A stretch of 64,000 nt of DNA from Candidatus Hydrogenedentota bacterium (GCA_963668025.2 CAXXTH010000022.1:96001-160000); one strand, 5' to 3'; positions 39,472-49,836 are shown, counted from the first letter of the stretch. Translations and numbers: made by a program. The notes: generated from the sequence alone by a model not told the origin.

Positions 39472-40620
39472 ATGAAACCGATTTGCATTGTGGCTGCTAA
39501 ACGGACCCCTCAAGGCAAGCTGTTAGGCGCGCTCACATCTAAAAGTGCGGTGGATCTGGCGCTTGTGGCGGGTAAAGCCGCGCTCGAGGGCATCGCCCCC
39601 GAGGAGGTGGATGAGGTTATTCTGGGGAATGTGCTTGCCGCTGGGCAGGGCATGAATATCGCCAGGCAAGTGTCCATAGGCGTAGGCATCCCCGACTCTA
39701 AGACCGCCTTCACGGTAAACATGATGTGCGCAAGCGGCATGCAGGCCGTTATACTGGCGGCCGAATCGATCCAGCTCGGAAAATCACACGTCGTATTATG
39801 CGGTGGAACCGAGTCCATGACCAACGCTCCCCATTTGCTGACCCGTGCACGGACAGGCTATAAGCTTGGCGATGGCGTCCTCGTGGATTCGGTGTTGCGC
39901 GATGGCCTGGTGGACACGTTTTCGAATGACCATATGGGGTTGACCGCTGAAAAACTGGCCGAAGAATACTCCCTCACCCGCACCGAACAAGACGCCTTTG
40001 CGCAATGCAGCCAGCAGCGCTGGGGGGATGCGCAGAAATCCGGCGTTTACGAGCAGGAATTGGTACCCATGAAGGAATTGGCCCAGGATGAACACCCACG
40101 GCCCGAGGTGACGCTGGAACAGCTCGCCAAACTGAGGCCCGCCTTCAAGCCAGACGGTACCGTGACGGCAGGAAACTCCTCTGGCATCAACGATGGAGCC
40201 GCCATACTGCTGCTCTGTGATTTAGAGACTGCGCAAAAACACGGCTGGACGCCCTTAGCGCTCATGACAGGATGGACGAGCGTTGGCTGCGATCCCTACC
40301 GCATGGGATTAGGCCCCGTCCACGCCACACGGAAACTACTCGATATGACGGGCTGGACGCTGGCGCAGTTTGACCAGATCGAGCTCAATGAAGCATTCGC
40401 TTCGCAATCGCTGGCCTGCATCAAAGAGCTTGGACTCGATCCGGAACGTGTCAATGTGCATGGCGGAGCCATTGCCATCGGCCATCCCATTGGCGCATCC
40501 GGAGCGCGTATCATCACCCATTTGGCGCATTGCCACCATCGCGGCGAGACCAAACAGTCCTTCGCATCGTTATGTATTGGTGGAGGCATGGGCGCGACGG
40601 TTGCACTTCAGTCTGTATAA
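39472..40620 (+). CDS. atoB: acetyl-CoA C-acetyltransferase (thiolase)
   Basis: VN..CASG, TAGNSSGINDGA, ELNEAFA, GHPIGASG, CIGGGMG. Confidence 0.88.
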   Translation: MKPICIVAAKRTPQGKLLGALTSKSAVDLALVAGKAALEGIAPEEVDEVILGNVLAAGQGMNIARQVSIGVGIPDSKTAFTVNMMCASGMQAVILAAESIQLGKSHVVLCGGTESMTNAPHLLTRARTGYKLGDGVLVDSVLRDGLVDTFSNDHMGLTAEKLAEEYSLTRTEQDAFAQCSQQRWGDAQKSGVYEQELVPMKELAQDEHPRPEVTLEQLAKLRPAFKPDGTVTAGNSSGINDGAAILLLCDLETAQKHGWTPLALMTGWTSVGCDPYRMGLGPVHATRKLLDMTGWTLAQFDQIELNEAFASQSLACIKELGLDPERVNVHGGAIAIGHPIGASGARIITHLAHCHHRGETKQSFASLCIGGGMGATVALQSV

Positions 40621-40679
40621 CCATTCGATGTATAAACAGGCCCTAATCGATTGGGAATCCAGCGGTTAGGCAGAGCAAG

Positions 40680-40766
40680 GCGCAGGCCGCCACAAGGAAC
40701 GCCAACACGGCTTATACCGCCGCCGAGGTTCGGCTTTAGCGATGGCCTGCGCTTTTTCCTTTTTTT
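40680..40766 (+). terminator. large-loop stem followed by U tract after the thiolase
   Basis: GCGCAGGCC (40680-40688) / GGCCTGCGC (40744-40752), then TTTTTCCTTTTTTT. Confidence 0.5.
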
Positions 40767-40813
40767 CTCAGAGCCTGTTGACTCCAGAAAATAAACCAAA
40801 AGGCAGCACACGT

Positions 40814-40842
40814 TTGACGCTTGGAGAAGCGGATGATAGAGT
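40814..40842 (+). promoter_or_regulatory. sigma70 promoter candidate for the response regulator
   Basis: TTGACG-17 nt-TAGAGT with extended -10 TG. Confidence 0.5.
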
Positions 40843-40881
40843 GTTGTTGTTAGAACACGTTCCAAACGCATAAGGCGGGCC

Positions 40882-42276
40882 ATGTCAAACGCAGTTAATG
40901 CAGAAACAGGATTAGCTGTCCCTACTGGGCGCATGCTCGTAGTGGATGACGAACCTGGCATGCGCCAGCTCCTTGAAGCGACTTTTAAAGAACGTGGCTT
41001 TCTCGTCACCACGGCATCCAACGGCGATAAAGCAATCGAGCATATTAATACACAGGCGTTCGACGTTGTCATCACGGATTTGAAAATGCCGGGGCGGGAT
41101 GGCCTTGCCGTCTTGAAGGCGGCTAAGGCCGCATCCGTGGACACCCATGTCATCGTGATTACCGCCTACGGTTCCGTTGAAACCGCGGTTGAAGCCATGC
41201 GGTTGGGTGCCCACGATTTTATTTCTAAACCTTTCAAACTAGCCGAGATAGAACTCAAGGTCGACAAAATACTGCGCGAGTGCGGCCGGGCGGAAGCGCT
41301 ACCCGCTGGGCATGATGAGCTATTCACGCGCCGCATGGTGGGCGAAAGCCAGCAAACGCGGCAGCTTCTTCAAATGATTCGTAAAATCGCCACGAGCCGC
41401 AGTTCCGTGTTAATCACTGGCCCCAGCGGCACCGGCAAAGAACTGGTGGCCCGTGCGATCCATGACGCCAGCCCCCGGAGGGAGCGCCCTTATGTGGCCC
41501 TCAATTGCGCCGCCTTGGCCCCTGGCGTCCTCGAAAGTGAATTATTTGGCCACGAACGGGGCGCATTCACCGGTGCGACAGGACGGCGTGTAGGCCGTTT
41601 CGAGCGCGCCCATACCGGCACGTTATTTTTGGATGAAGTAGGAGAAATCGATCCGAATATCCAAACCAAGCTGCTTCGCGTGCTGCAAGAGAATGAATTC
41701 GAGCGCGTCGGTGGCGCGGAAACCATCAAGGTGGACGTACGCATTGTAGCCGCCACCAACAGCGACTTGCGCGAGGCCATCCGCGCGAGCCGGTTTCGGG
41801 AAGATTTCTTTTACCGCCTCAATGTGTTTTCCTTGAGCATCGAGCCGCTTCGCCGCCGTCCAGACGACATTCCCGCGCTGGTGGACCATTTTCTGCGCAA
41901 ATTCAGTGAGGAAACCGGAAAAATCGTTACGGAGATTTCCGATGAAGTGATGCATCTCTTCATGCGGTATCCATGGCCGGGCAATGTACGGGAACTCGAG
42001 AATGTCATCGAACGGGCCGTCGTACTTACGGACGGCAATGCGGTCACCCGTATCGAGATCCCCCAAGAAATGTTCTTCGCACCGGAAACTCCCGGGCCGG
42101 AGCCAGCGTCCATGCCTGAACAGTCGTCTCTTATCGAGCAAACCGACCAGTTGGAACTCGAGCTGATCCGCGCCGCTCTGGAACGATTCCGATGGAATAA
42201 GACCCGAGCCGCGGAGCATTTGGGGCTCAAACGCACTACGCTTCAATACAAGATCCGGAAATATGGGCTGGAATAG
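40882..42276 (+). CDS. sigma54-dependent response regulator (NtrC/AtoC family)
   Basis: Receiver (VVDDE, TDLKMP, KPF), Walker A GPSGTGKE, GAFTGA, FLDEV, Fis-type HTH. Confidence 0.95.
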   Translation: MSNAVNAETGLAVPTGRMLVVDDEPGMRQLLEATFKERGFLVTTASNGDKAIEHINTQAFDVVITDLKMPGRDGLAVLKAAKAASVDTHVIVITAYGSVETAVEAMRLGAHDFISKPFKLAEIELKVDKILRECGRAEALPAGHDELFTRRMVGESQQTRQLLQMIRKIATSRSSVLITGPSGTGKELVARAIHDASPRRERPYVALNCAALAPGVLESELFGHERGAFTGATGRRVGRFERAHTGTLFLDEVGEIDPNIQTKLLRVLQENEFERVGGAETIKVDVRIVAATNSDLREAIRASRFREDFFYRLNVFSLSIEPLRRRPDDIPALVDHFLRKFSEETGKIVTEISDEVMHLFMRYPWPGNVRELENVIERAVVLTDGNAVTRIEIPQEMFFAPETPGPEPASMPEQSSLIEQTDQLELELIRAALERFRWNKTRAAEHLGLKRTTLQYKIRKYGLE

Positions 42277-42506
42277 GAAATCACGGTGTGATCTTGCGAT
42301 ATGCAGGCATGTTTATATGCATAAGCGTTTTATTTATATTGGCTTTTCTTGCATGGTTCATTTTGTAAAATATGGCATTAATTGCAGTATGAATATTTCT
42401 AGCCTGCCGTTATATATGTGATTTCCTCATGGCTAATGGCTGCAACTGCTCATAAATGGCGCAAATGCATGGCCATCTTCGCCTAGAATCTGCCCCGGAG
42501 TACGGT

Positions 42507-44348
42507 ATGAATATAAAAAGAGAACTGCGTTTCATTGATGTGTACTGCATCGCCACGGGCGCGATGATCAGTTCCGGGATTTTTGTCCTTCCAGGCATAG
42601 CCCATGCCAAGGCAGGGCCAAGTGTAATACTGTCGTATTTTTTTGCGGGCCTGCTCGCCACAAGCGGCATGTTCAGCGCCGCGGAAATGGCGACCGCCAT
42701 GCCCAAAGCGGGAGGCGATTACTTTTTTATTACAAGAGCACTTGGCCCGCTAGCTGGCACGATCGCCGGCTTGCTGAATTGGTCCGCTTTATCATTAAAG
42801 AGCTCATTTGCATTGATCGGGATGGCCGCGTTTGTGCAGTTATATATAAATATAGATTTGTATATACCAGGGCTTATTTTTTGTGCTTTCTTTGTCATTC
42901 TCAATTTGGCGGGCGCAAAGCATGTAGGACGACTTCAGATTGTGATTGTCGCCTGCCTGCTCGTGCTGATGCTGGCATATATTTGCCTGGGCTTGCGGCA
43001 TATTTCTTTGGAGAATTTCGCTCCTTTCGCGTCACACGGATTCAAAAAAACCATAGCTACAGCAGGTTTCGTGTTTGTGTCATATGGCGGGCTGATTAAA
43101 GTGACTAGCATCGCGGGGGATATTAAAAATCCCAAGCAGGTGATTCCGCAAGCCATGATCGCTTCCGTTCTGAGTGTAATCATCCTTTATACATCCATGG
43201 TTATGGTCACAACAGGTGTTTTACCAACAGAAAAATTTGATAACTCATTGACGCCAATTACGGAAGGAGCCCGCGCTTTTTTAGGGCCTTGGGGCGTATT
43301 TGCGATGAGCTTGGCCGCCGTGTTCGCCTTTGTCACATCAGCTAACGCGGGTGTCATGGCGGCGTCACGGTATTTGTATGCGTTGAGCCGGGACTCATTG
43401 ATTCCCAAACCCCTGAGCCATCTGAGCAAGCAAGCCCGGATGCCGGTATTCGCCATATTAGCCACCGGTGTATTTATGGGCGCTTCTTTATTTTTAAACC
43501 TTGAACTCTTGGTCGAGGCCGCATCTTTAGTCCTGATATTGGGATATATTTTGGCAAGCGTTTGCGTCATTATATTAAGAGAAAGCGGGCTTCAAAACTA
43601 TCGCCCTAGTTTCCGCGCGCCTCTGTATCCCTTCACTCAGCTTGTTTGCATATGTGGTTTCGGCTTGCTGGTTATCGAGCTTGGAATAAACGCATTTATT
43701 ATTTGCGCATGCATTGTCACGATTGGCATTGCTTGCTATTGGTTTTATGGGAAACGCCAGAAACAACGGGAATACGCCTTGATGCATCTCATCGAACGCC
43801 TGACCGCGCGAGAATTGGTTTCGGGCATGCTTGAACGTGAACTCAAAGAAATCATTCATGAACGGGATGATGTCGTTTTAGACCGTTTCGACAACCTCAT
43901 CATGCGCTGTCCTGTACTTGATATCGAAGAAGAAATTACTGCGCAGGAGTGTTTCATCCGGCTTGGCGCCGTAATTGAAGAGCGGGTTCAAATCAACGCC
44001 AACGTGCTTGCGGAAATGATCATAAAACGTGAAATCGAGTCGTCAACCATGCTGACGACTTTTCTTGCAATACCTCACATTGTGATTCCCGGAGAAGGCA
44101 AATTTGAGATCGCTATTGTACGAGCCAGGAATGGCATCACATTCAACGATCCGGCAAGCAAGGCGCACGCCGTCTTTTTACTACTAGGCACTCGTGATGA
44201 ACGGAATTTCCATCTGCGCGCCCTTGCCAGTATTGCACAAATCTCCCAAGAGCCCGATTTCGAACAGCGCTGGATGGAGGCCCGGACCATTGCAGCCATA
44301 CGGGATGTGGTTCTGCTTGGGAAACGCATCCGTGATTCCAGGCTCTAG
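42507..44348 (+). CDS. APC amino acid permease fused to a C-terminal PTS EIIA domain
   Basis: GAMISSGIF.LPG, MPKAGG.Y, about 12 TMs; C-terminal RE...ST....AIPH and HLRALA.IA. Confidence 0.88.
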   Translation: MNIKRELRFIDVYCIATGAMISSGIFVLPGIAHAKAGPSVILSYFFAGLLATSGMFSAAEMATAMPKAGGDYFFITRALGPLAGTIAGLLNWSALSLKSSFALIGMAAFVQLYINIDLYIPGLIFCAFFVILNLAGAKHVGRLQIVIVACLLVLMLAYICLGLRHISLENFAPFASHGFKKTIATAGFVFVSYGGLIKVTSIAGDIKNPKQVIPQAMIASVLSVIILYTSMVMVTTGVLPTEKFDNSLTPITEGARAFLGPWGVFAMSLAAVFAFVTSANAGVMAASRYLYALSRDSLIPKPLSHLSKQARMPVFAILATGVFMGASLFLNLELLVEAASLVLILGYILASVCVIILRESGLQNYRPSFRAPLYPFTQLVCICGFGLLVIELGINAFIICACIVTIGIACYWFYGKRQKQREYALMHLIERLTARELVSGMLERELKEIIHERDDVVLDRFDNLIMRCPVLDIEEEITAQECFIRLGAVIEERVQINANVLAEMIIKREIESSTMLTTFLAIPHIVIPGEGKFEIAIVRARNGITFNDPASKAHAVFLLLGTRDERNFHLRALASIAQISQEPDFEQRWMEARTIAAIRDVVLLGKRIRDSRL

Positions 44349-44377
44349 ATTCTTCCTGACCGGCATTTGGGCCGTAT

Positions 44378-44400
44378 TCAAGATTAAATCTTAATCTTGA
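44378..44400. promoter_or_regulatory. perfect AT-rich palindrome (operator or terminator)
   Basis: TCAAGATTAA-ATC-TTAATCTTGA. Confidence 0.4.
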
Positions 44401-44771
44401 TCAAATAAAGCAGTTCAAAAACAGTTCAAGATCATGTCTTCGCATGATGCAAAGCAAGCTGTATCACATGGCATTCCCAACATAGCTCGCAATACACTAT
44501 CCAACGCCAACAAAGAGCGCGATTGGCGCATCCATGCCAATTTCGCCCAAGTCCTATAGCCCAAGCAAAGACGTTGCATCGAGTGGAAGACATGGGCGTC
44601 GAACTCGAACAAACGGCGTACGGCCTTGTTCCTTAACTATAGGTCCGTCTGTAAATGCCATCCCGGGGTAGAGCAAGGCATTGAAACATGCTATGATGCC
44701 AGCGCAATGGGTATTTGCCGACAAGGCGGGCCAGGCCTGAGGGACCGCCACAACCGAAAAGGAGGCTTTTC

Positions 44772-45266
44772 ATGGGCAGCAAGGGCCGTGAAATTGTGGG
44801 AATGGATGTAAACCGGGTGCTTGAACTCTTAAACAAGTCGTTCGCGGATGAATGGCTGGCGTATTACCAGTATTGGCTCGGCGCAAAGATAGTGGCGGGG
44901 CCAATGAAGGATGCGGTCATCGCGGAATTGTTGCAGCATTCGGCGGATGAATTACGCCATGCGGACATGGTGGCGAACCGCATCATCCAACTCGGCGGCA
45001 CGCCGTTGACGACGCCTGCACAGTGGATGGAATGGACGAATTGCGGCTACGACGCGCCGGATGATCCGTTTGTGCGCGAGATCCTGGCGCAAAACATCAA
45101 GGGCGAACAGTGCGCCATTTCGGTGTATAACAGCATTATACAAGAAGTGGGGCTGAAAGACGTAGTAACGTACAACATGGCGCTGCAAATTCTTCAAGAT
45201 GAGGTGACCCACGAGGAGGATCTTCAGGCGCTGCTCGAGGATCTGGGCGTGTTATTGAACAAGTAG
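44772..45266 (+). CDS. ferritin-like protein, DPSL/bacterioferritin-related
   Basis: ADEWLAYYQYW, DELRHA, RIIQLGG.P, GEQCAI..Y, DEVTHE; two Cys typical of DPSL; AAGGAGG RBS. Confidence 0.88.
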   Translation: MGSKGREIVGMDVNRVLELLNKSFADEWLAYYQYWLGAKIVAGPMKDAVIAELLQHSADELRHADMVANRIIQLGGTPLTTPAQWMEWTNCGYDAPDDPFVREILAQNIKGEQCAISVYNSIIQEVGLKDVVTYNMALQILQDEVTHEEDLQALLEDLGVLLNK

Positions 45267-45276
45267 GCAGAGGAGC

Positions 45277-45762
45277 ATGCCGCGAATGCTGCGTGGAGTA
45301 TTGTCAACCCTTTCATTGCTGGTGGTCATAGTGGCGGTGGGATGTCCCATCACGCTGCCTGGCCCCACCTATTTTTTAGTGGCCGATCCGTCGAACCCGG
45401 ATCTGGGCTCGTATGTCTTGCCGCTTACCGATGAGTCGGACATTGCGCATGCGAGAGAAGTTATCGCTGATCCGGACAACACGGACGGACATATCATAGT
45501 GGCGAAGATCGCAAAAGGCGGTACGAGCCACGCTTATGTAAATGGCGTTTACGCCAACCGCGATCTGCTTAATGAGGGCGCTCTATGGTCCTGGCATGTG
45601 AGTGAGTTTCTAGAGTTCGCGGACGTTGTAATTGAGATTTATGACGGCTGGCCGCAATATGTCGAAGACAATCTGGATGAGTGGCTCACGACTACCGGCA
45701 ACACCATCGGATTCTGGAGTTTCCGTGTGACACGTGAAGTCGGCCTGGACGAGATGTCTTAG
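45277..45762 (+). CDS. lipoprotein with BP74-like domain
   Basis: Lipobox VAVGC; I.HAR.V, WSWH, F.D..IE..DG.P.YVE.NL pattern, recalled as BP74-related. Confidence 0.6.
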   Translation: MPRMLRGVLSTLSLLVVIVAVGCPITLPGPTYFLVADPSNPDLGSYVLPLTDESDIAHAREVIADPDNTDGHIIVAKIAKGGTSHAYVNGVYANRDLLNEGALWSWHVSEFLEFADVVIEIYDGWPQYVEDNLDEWLTTTGNTIGFWSFRVTREVGLDEMS

Positions 45763-47375
45763 TCAGATGGAATGCGAGGGCCCATGGCAGGCAAGGTGCG
45801 GCGGTTTTCCGCACTGGGGCCGGCAAGCGTTTTGGTGGGAAGGAAAACCGTAAATTTAGCGCCTTTTCCTTCAGCGCTTTCGAGCCATATCTCGCCGCCG
45901 TGGGCCCGAACAATACGGTCGCTGCATGCGAGCCCCAGGCCCGTGCCTTTCGAGCCTTTGGTGGTCATAAACGCGTGGAATAGTTTTGCTTGGATTTCTG
46001 GCGGAATGCCGGGGCCGTTATCGGCGACATCGATATAGGCTCCATGGGCGTCTTTGCGGGTAGTGACAATCACCACGCCTCCATTGTCCTCGCACGCATC
46101 AATGGCGTTGCCGACCAGATTGAGGATGACGCGGAAGATATCCCGGCTATCTAGATAGACAATCCCCACCTCTCCCCGTTCGAGTTTTAATTCCACACCG
46201 TGTTGCTCGGCTCTCGCCATGGACATGTCGAATACTTCCGCCACTAAGTGTTCGATCTGGGAAGCCTCAAGGCGCAGTTCGTGCTGTCCTGAAAAAGAGA
46301 GCAGATTCATAACTAGATTTTCGATGCGCAGAGCAGAACGCCGTACAAGAGGCCACCCTTTTTGCACCCATTTCCAGTCTTGCTGTTCAAGGCCCATGTC
46401 GATTAATTCGCCACCGCCTTTGATGCCCACCATGATGTTTTTCACGCAATGGCCTATGCCGGCCGTGGCCTCGCCAATGGCGGAGAGGCGTTCGCGCAAC
46501 AGCATTTCCTGGTGGAGGCGGGCGTTATCCACCGCCACGCCCACGACACGGCCTATGGCCGTCAACAATTGGAGATCCTCACCACTAAATATGCAGGATT
46601 CCGAGCCGCTGTCCACATAGATCGCCCCGATGAGCAACTCGCGGGCGCATAAGGGCGCGCACATAGCAGCTTGTATAGCGAATCCGAGCACGCTTTCCGA
46701 ACCAGTGAACCGTTGATCTTCTTGGGCGTTGGTGGTGAGTATGGCGTTTTTCTCGCGCAGAGTGTGGCGGATAAGGGTTTGGCTGATCGGCGGCCCTTCA
46801 TCAGAACCGCTGCGGTGGAGGCTGGCGCGCACATCGGGCTGCGCATGGGGCTGCGGCGGCACAATCACCACATACCCGCGCTGGGCGGGTACGGCCTCGA
46901 AGATGAGTTCCAGGATTTGCTTGAGCAGATCATCCAGATCGAACACACTCCCCATGAGCTGCGCGGCTTTATACAAAATGGGCAGGCGTCCGCTCCCTTC
47001 TTCTTGGATGATACGGCTATAGAGAGCGCCCGCCTTCTCGAATGAGATCATGGTGCTGGTGTCGGACAGTATTCCAGCCGACGAACGCCGCTGGACCGCG
47101 AATTCATGCGAACCGATGACAATGCGGTCGTTTTCTTCAAGCGCGCTATTTCTTGTGGGACGCCCGTTGACCAGAATGCCGTTGCGCGAGCCTAAATCCG
47201 CGACATAGAGGACGCCCCGTTCGACCCAGAATCGGGCATGGCGGCGGGACACCAGGGAATCGGGCAGGGCTACATCGCATTCGCTCGAACGGCCCACAAT
47301 GAGTTCGGGGGCGTTGATATCGTATGTAGCCAAATCGGCGCCATCCTGGCGCATAACCAACACATATTCCGCCAT
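45759..47375 (-). CDS. cytoplasmic FHA-GAF histidine kinase
   Basis: FHA (VGR, VSRRHA, DLGSRNG), GAF (CAPL, GAIYVDS), H-box GHCVKN, N box, D.GPG, GTGLGL. Confidence 0.92.
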   Translation of the reverse strand: MAEYVLVMRQDGADLATYDINAPELIVGRSSECDVALPDSLVSRRHARFWVERGVLYVADLGSRNGILVNGRPTRNSALEENDRIVIGSHEFAVQRRSSAGILSDTSTMISFEKAGALYSRIIQEEGSGRLPILYKAAQLMGSVFDLDDLLKQILELIFEAVPAQRGYVVIVPPQPHAQPDVRASLHRSGSDEGPPISQTLIRHTLREKNAILTTNAQEDQRFTGSESVLGFAIQAAMCAPLCARELLIGAIYVDSGSESCIFSGEDLQLLTAIGRVVGVAVDNARLHQEMLLRERLSAIGEATAGIGHCVKNIMVGIKGGGELIDMGLEQQDWKWVQKGWPLVRRSALRIENLVMNLLSFSGQHELRLEASQIEHLVAEVFDMSMARAEQHGVELKLERGEVGIVYLDSRDIFRVILNLVGNAIDACEDNGGVVIVTTRKDAHGAYIDVADNGPGIPPEIQAKLFHAFMTTKGSKGTGLGLACSDRIVRAHGGEIWLESAEGKGAKFTVFLPTKTLAGPSAENRRTLPAMGPRIPSD

Positions 47376-47671
47376 CGCGCGCATCTCTCCCCATGTTGCC
47401 GCCATTGTATAAGATGCGTGTTTCAGCGGCAACCTAGCGAATAACCGAAATCGAAGATACTGCTGATAGGATTGTGAAAGACTCAGCGCGGCATAACCGC
47501 AACCAAACGGCTCTCATCCGTGAAGCAAAATCATCTAGCACTTCGTTATAATATGCATATAGTAGTACATAAAATAAATAATGTGGCTTTTATCCACTGC
47601 CATAAAGAAGAATAGCAAGCCCGGGATGTGGCACAATACGGTTTTCCGGCTTTGGATAGGATCTATGGAAA

Positions 47672-49813
47672 ATGCATGAATCATTTGGCGATGTATGCCT
47701 CGCCATGAAGCAATATTGGGGATATGAGTCGTTTCGCCCGCTCCAGCGTGAAGCCATGGAATGCGTGCTGGCGGGGCGCGATTCAATGGTGGTATTGCCC
47801 ACGGGCGGCGGGAAGTCGTTATGCTTCCAAGCGCCTGCGGTGGCGATGCCCGGCATGGCGGTGGTGGTATCGCCGCTTATCTCGCTTATGAAAGACCAGG
47901 TGGACCAGCTCCAGGCCAGCGGCGTGCCCGCGGCATGCATCCATAGCGGCATGACCGCCGCAGAGCGGATGGCCACCCATCGCGGCGTGCGCGAGGGCAG
48001 CCTTCATCTGCTCTATGTAGCGCCTGAGCGGATTGTAAAGACGGAATTCATCGAGTATCTGCATAATGCAAATGTCTCGTTCTTCGTGGTGGACGAAGCC
48101 CATTGCATCAGCCAGTGGGGGCATGATTTCCGGCCCGAATACCGGGCGCTGCGCGTGCTCCGTGAAGCGTTCCCAGAAGCGGCGTTTCACGCATACACCG
48201 CGACGGCAACGCCGCCCGTACGGGAAGATGTGGCGCGCGAATTGGGCTTGCGCACGCCCGAAGTGCTCGTCGGTTCGTTCGATAGGCCCAATTTGCTGTA
48301 TCGCGCCGAACGGCGCACCGACGGCATGGCCCAAGTGCTTCAAATTCTCACCACCCATCAGAATGATTCCTGCATTGTTTACTGCATATCGAGGAGACGG
48401 GTCGAGGAAGTGTGCGCGCGTTTGCGTGAGGCGGGTTACGCGGCGCTGCCTTACCATGCGGGGCTGGATGATTCCACGCGCAAGAATAACCAAGAGGCCT
48501 TTATTCGCGATGAAGCCCGCATCATCGTGGCGACGGTAGCCTTTGGCATGGGGATCGACAAGCCGGATGTACGCTGCGTCATTCATGCCGAAATGCCAAA
48601 ATCCATCGAGCATTACCAGCAAGAAAGCGGGCGCGCGGGCCGCGACGGGCTTGATGCGGAATGCTGGATCTTATATTCGGGAAGTGATTTTCGCTTGTGG
48701 CAGAGCATTTTAGAGAAATCGGACAATGCAGCGGCCGTGGAAACCGCACGGAAAAAACTCGATAATATATTCAATTTTTGCACGCGCGGGGCATGCCGCC
48801 ATCGTACATTGTTGGCGTACTTTGGCGAAGGCTATCTGAAAGATTCCTGCGGCGCATGCGATTTCTGCCTGGATGAGAAGGCTTTCCGCGAAGACTCTTC
48901 TGCTATAACGGACACCATCTTGCGCTGTGTGGCGTCCATCGGCTCTTTCGCGGGGCCTTCGTACACCACCAGCGTGCTGGTGGGCGACATGGGCGAGCGC
49001 GTAACGAACAAAGGCCATCACCACCTGGATACCCATGGCACATTGAAACAGCATGGCGCGCAGGTGGTGAGGGACTGGATCGAACAGCTCGTGGCGCAAG
49101 GCGTGCTGCGTAAGGAAGGCCAATACAACATTCTATCCGTGGCGCACCGGTTAGAAAATGCTTCAGCCCGCTTGGCGGAAGTGGAGCGACCACATGCCAG
49201 CAAGCGAAAAGGGCCCATCAAATCCCAAGCGGAAGCTGGATACGATATCGGTTTATTCGATGCGCTCAGGGCATTGCGGCGCGAACTGGCGGAATCGAAG
49301 AGCGTGCCACCCTATGTCATTTTCGGCGACGCCACCCTGCGCGACATGGCGCGCCGGAAGCCCGTGACTCCGGAACAATTCATCCAGACGCCAGGAGTGG
49401 GCGAGCATAAGCAGCGTGTCTTCGGCAAGCCATTTCTCGCCGCCATCCGTGAGTATTGTGGATTGCCTCCTGGAGATAAAGCGCCAAGCAATTCCAAGAA
49501 GAAAAGGGCATTCACCGCGGAACAGGCGCGTCTGTTTTCACAAGGCGGCGGCATTGACGAATATTCGGAGATGATGCATGAGCCTCCTTCGCGGGTGTTG
49601 GGAATGCTGCTCGAATACATCGAAACCACCGGAGCCACGGAGCCAGCCATATGGGTGAACTCCGCCGTGGCGGAACGTATTCTAGACGCCGCACAAGAAG
49701 CAGGACCGAATGCGCGCACGCTCCGCATACTGCTCGCTGGAGAAGCCAGCGAGGCGGACATCCGCATTTGCGTGGCGTGCTTGAAAAACCGGGCAACTGT
49801 TTTAGACCACTAA
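47672..49813 (+). CDS. recQ: ATP-dependent DNA helicase RecQ
   Basis: PTGGGKS, DEAHC.SQWGHDFRP.Y, AFGMGIDK, QESGRAGRDG, Zn-binding CR...C..CD.C, HRDC (PPYVIF.D). Confidence 0.96.
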   Translation: MHESFGDVCLAMKQYWGYESFRPLQREAMECVLAGRDSMVVLPTGGGKSLCFQAPAVAMPGMAVVVSPLISLMKDQVDQLQASGVPAACIHSGMTAAERMATHRGVREGSLHLLYVAPERIVKTEFIEYLHNANVSFFVVDEAHCISQWGHDFRPEYRALRVLREAFPEAAFHAYTATATPPVREDVARELGLRTPEVLVGSFDRPNLLYRAERRTDGMAQVLQILTTHQNDSCIVYCISRRRVEEVCARLREAGYAALPYHAGLDDSTRKNNQEAFIRDEARIIVATVAFGMGIDKPDVRCVIHAEMPKSIEHYQQESGRAGRDGLDAECWILYSGSDFRLWQSILEKSDNAAAVETARKKLDNIFNFCTRGACRHRTLLAYFGEGYLKDSCGACDFCLDEKAFREDSSAITDTILRCVASIGSFAGPSYTTSVLVGDMGERVTNKGHHHLDTHGTLKQHGAQVVRDWIEQLVAQGVLRKEGQYNILSVAHRLENASARLAEVERPHASKRKGPIKSQAEAGYDIGLFDALRALRRELAESKSVPPYVIFGDATLRDMARRKPVTPEQFIQTPGVGEHKQRVFGKPFLAAIREYCGLPPGDKAPSNSKKKRAFTAEQARLFSQGGGIDEYSEMMHEPPSRVLGMLLEYIETTGATEPAIWVNSAVAERILDAAQEAGPNARTLRILLAGEASEADIRICVACLKNRATVLDH

Positions 49814-49836
49814 ATACATGGGATACACGAAAATTT

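Noticed and set aside
40680-40766. Riboswitch or small RNA upstream of the response regulator
   Set aside because: No known aptamer motif recognised, and the candidate promoter lies downstream of it; a terminator for the thiolase operon is the simpler reading.
42290-42470. sigma54 promoter upstream of the permease (TGGC...TTGC-like strings)
   Set aside because: GG-to-GC spacing is 8, 9 or 11 nt in the candidates, not the required 10.
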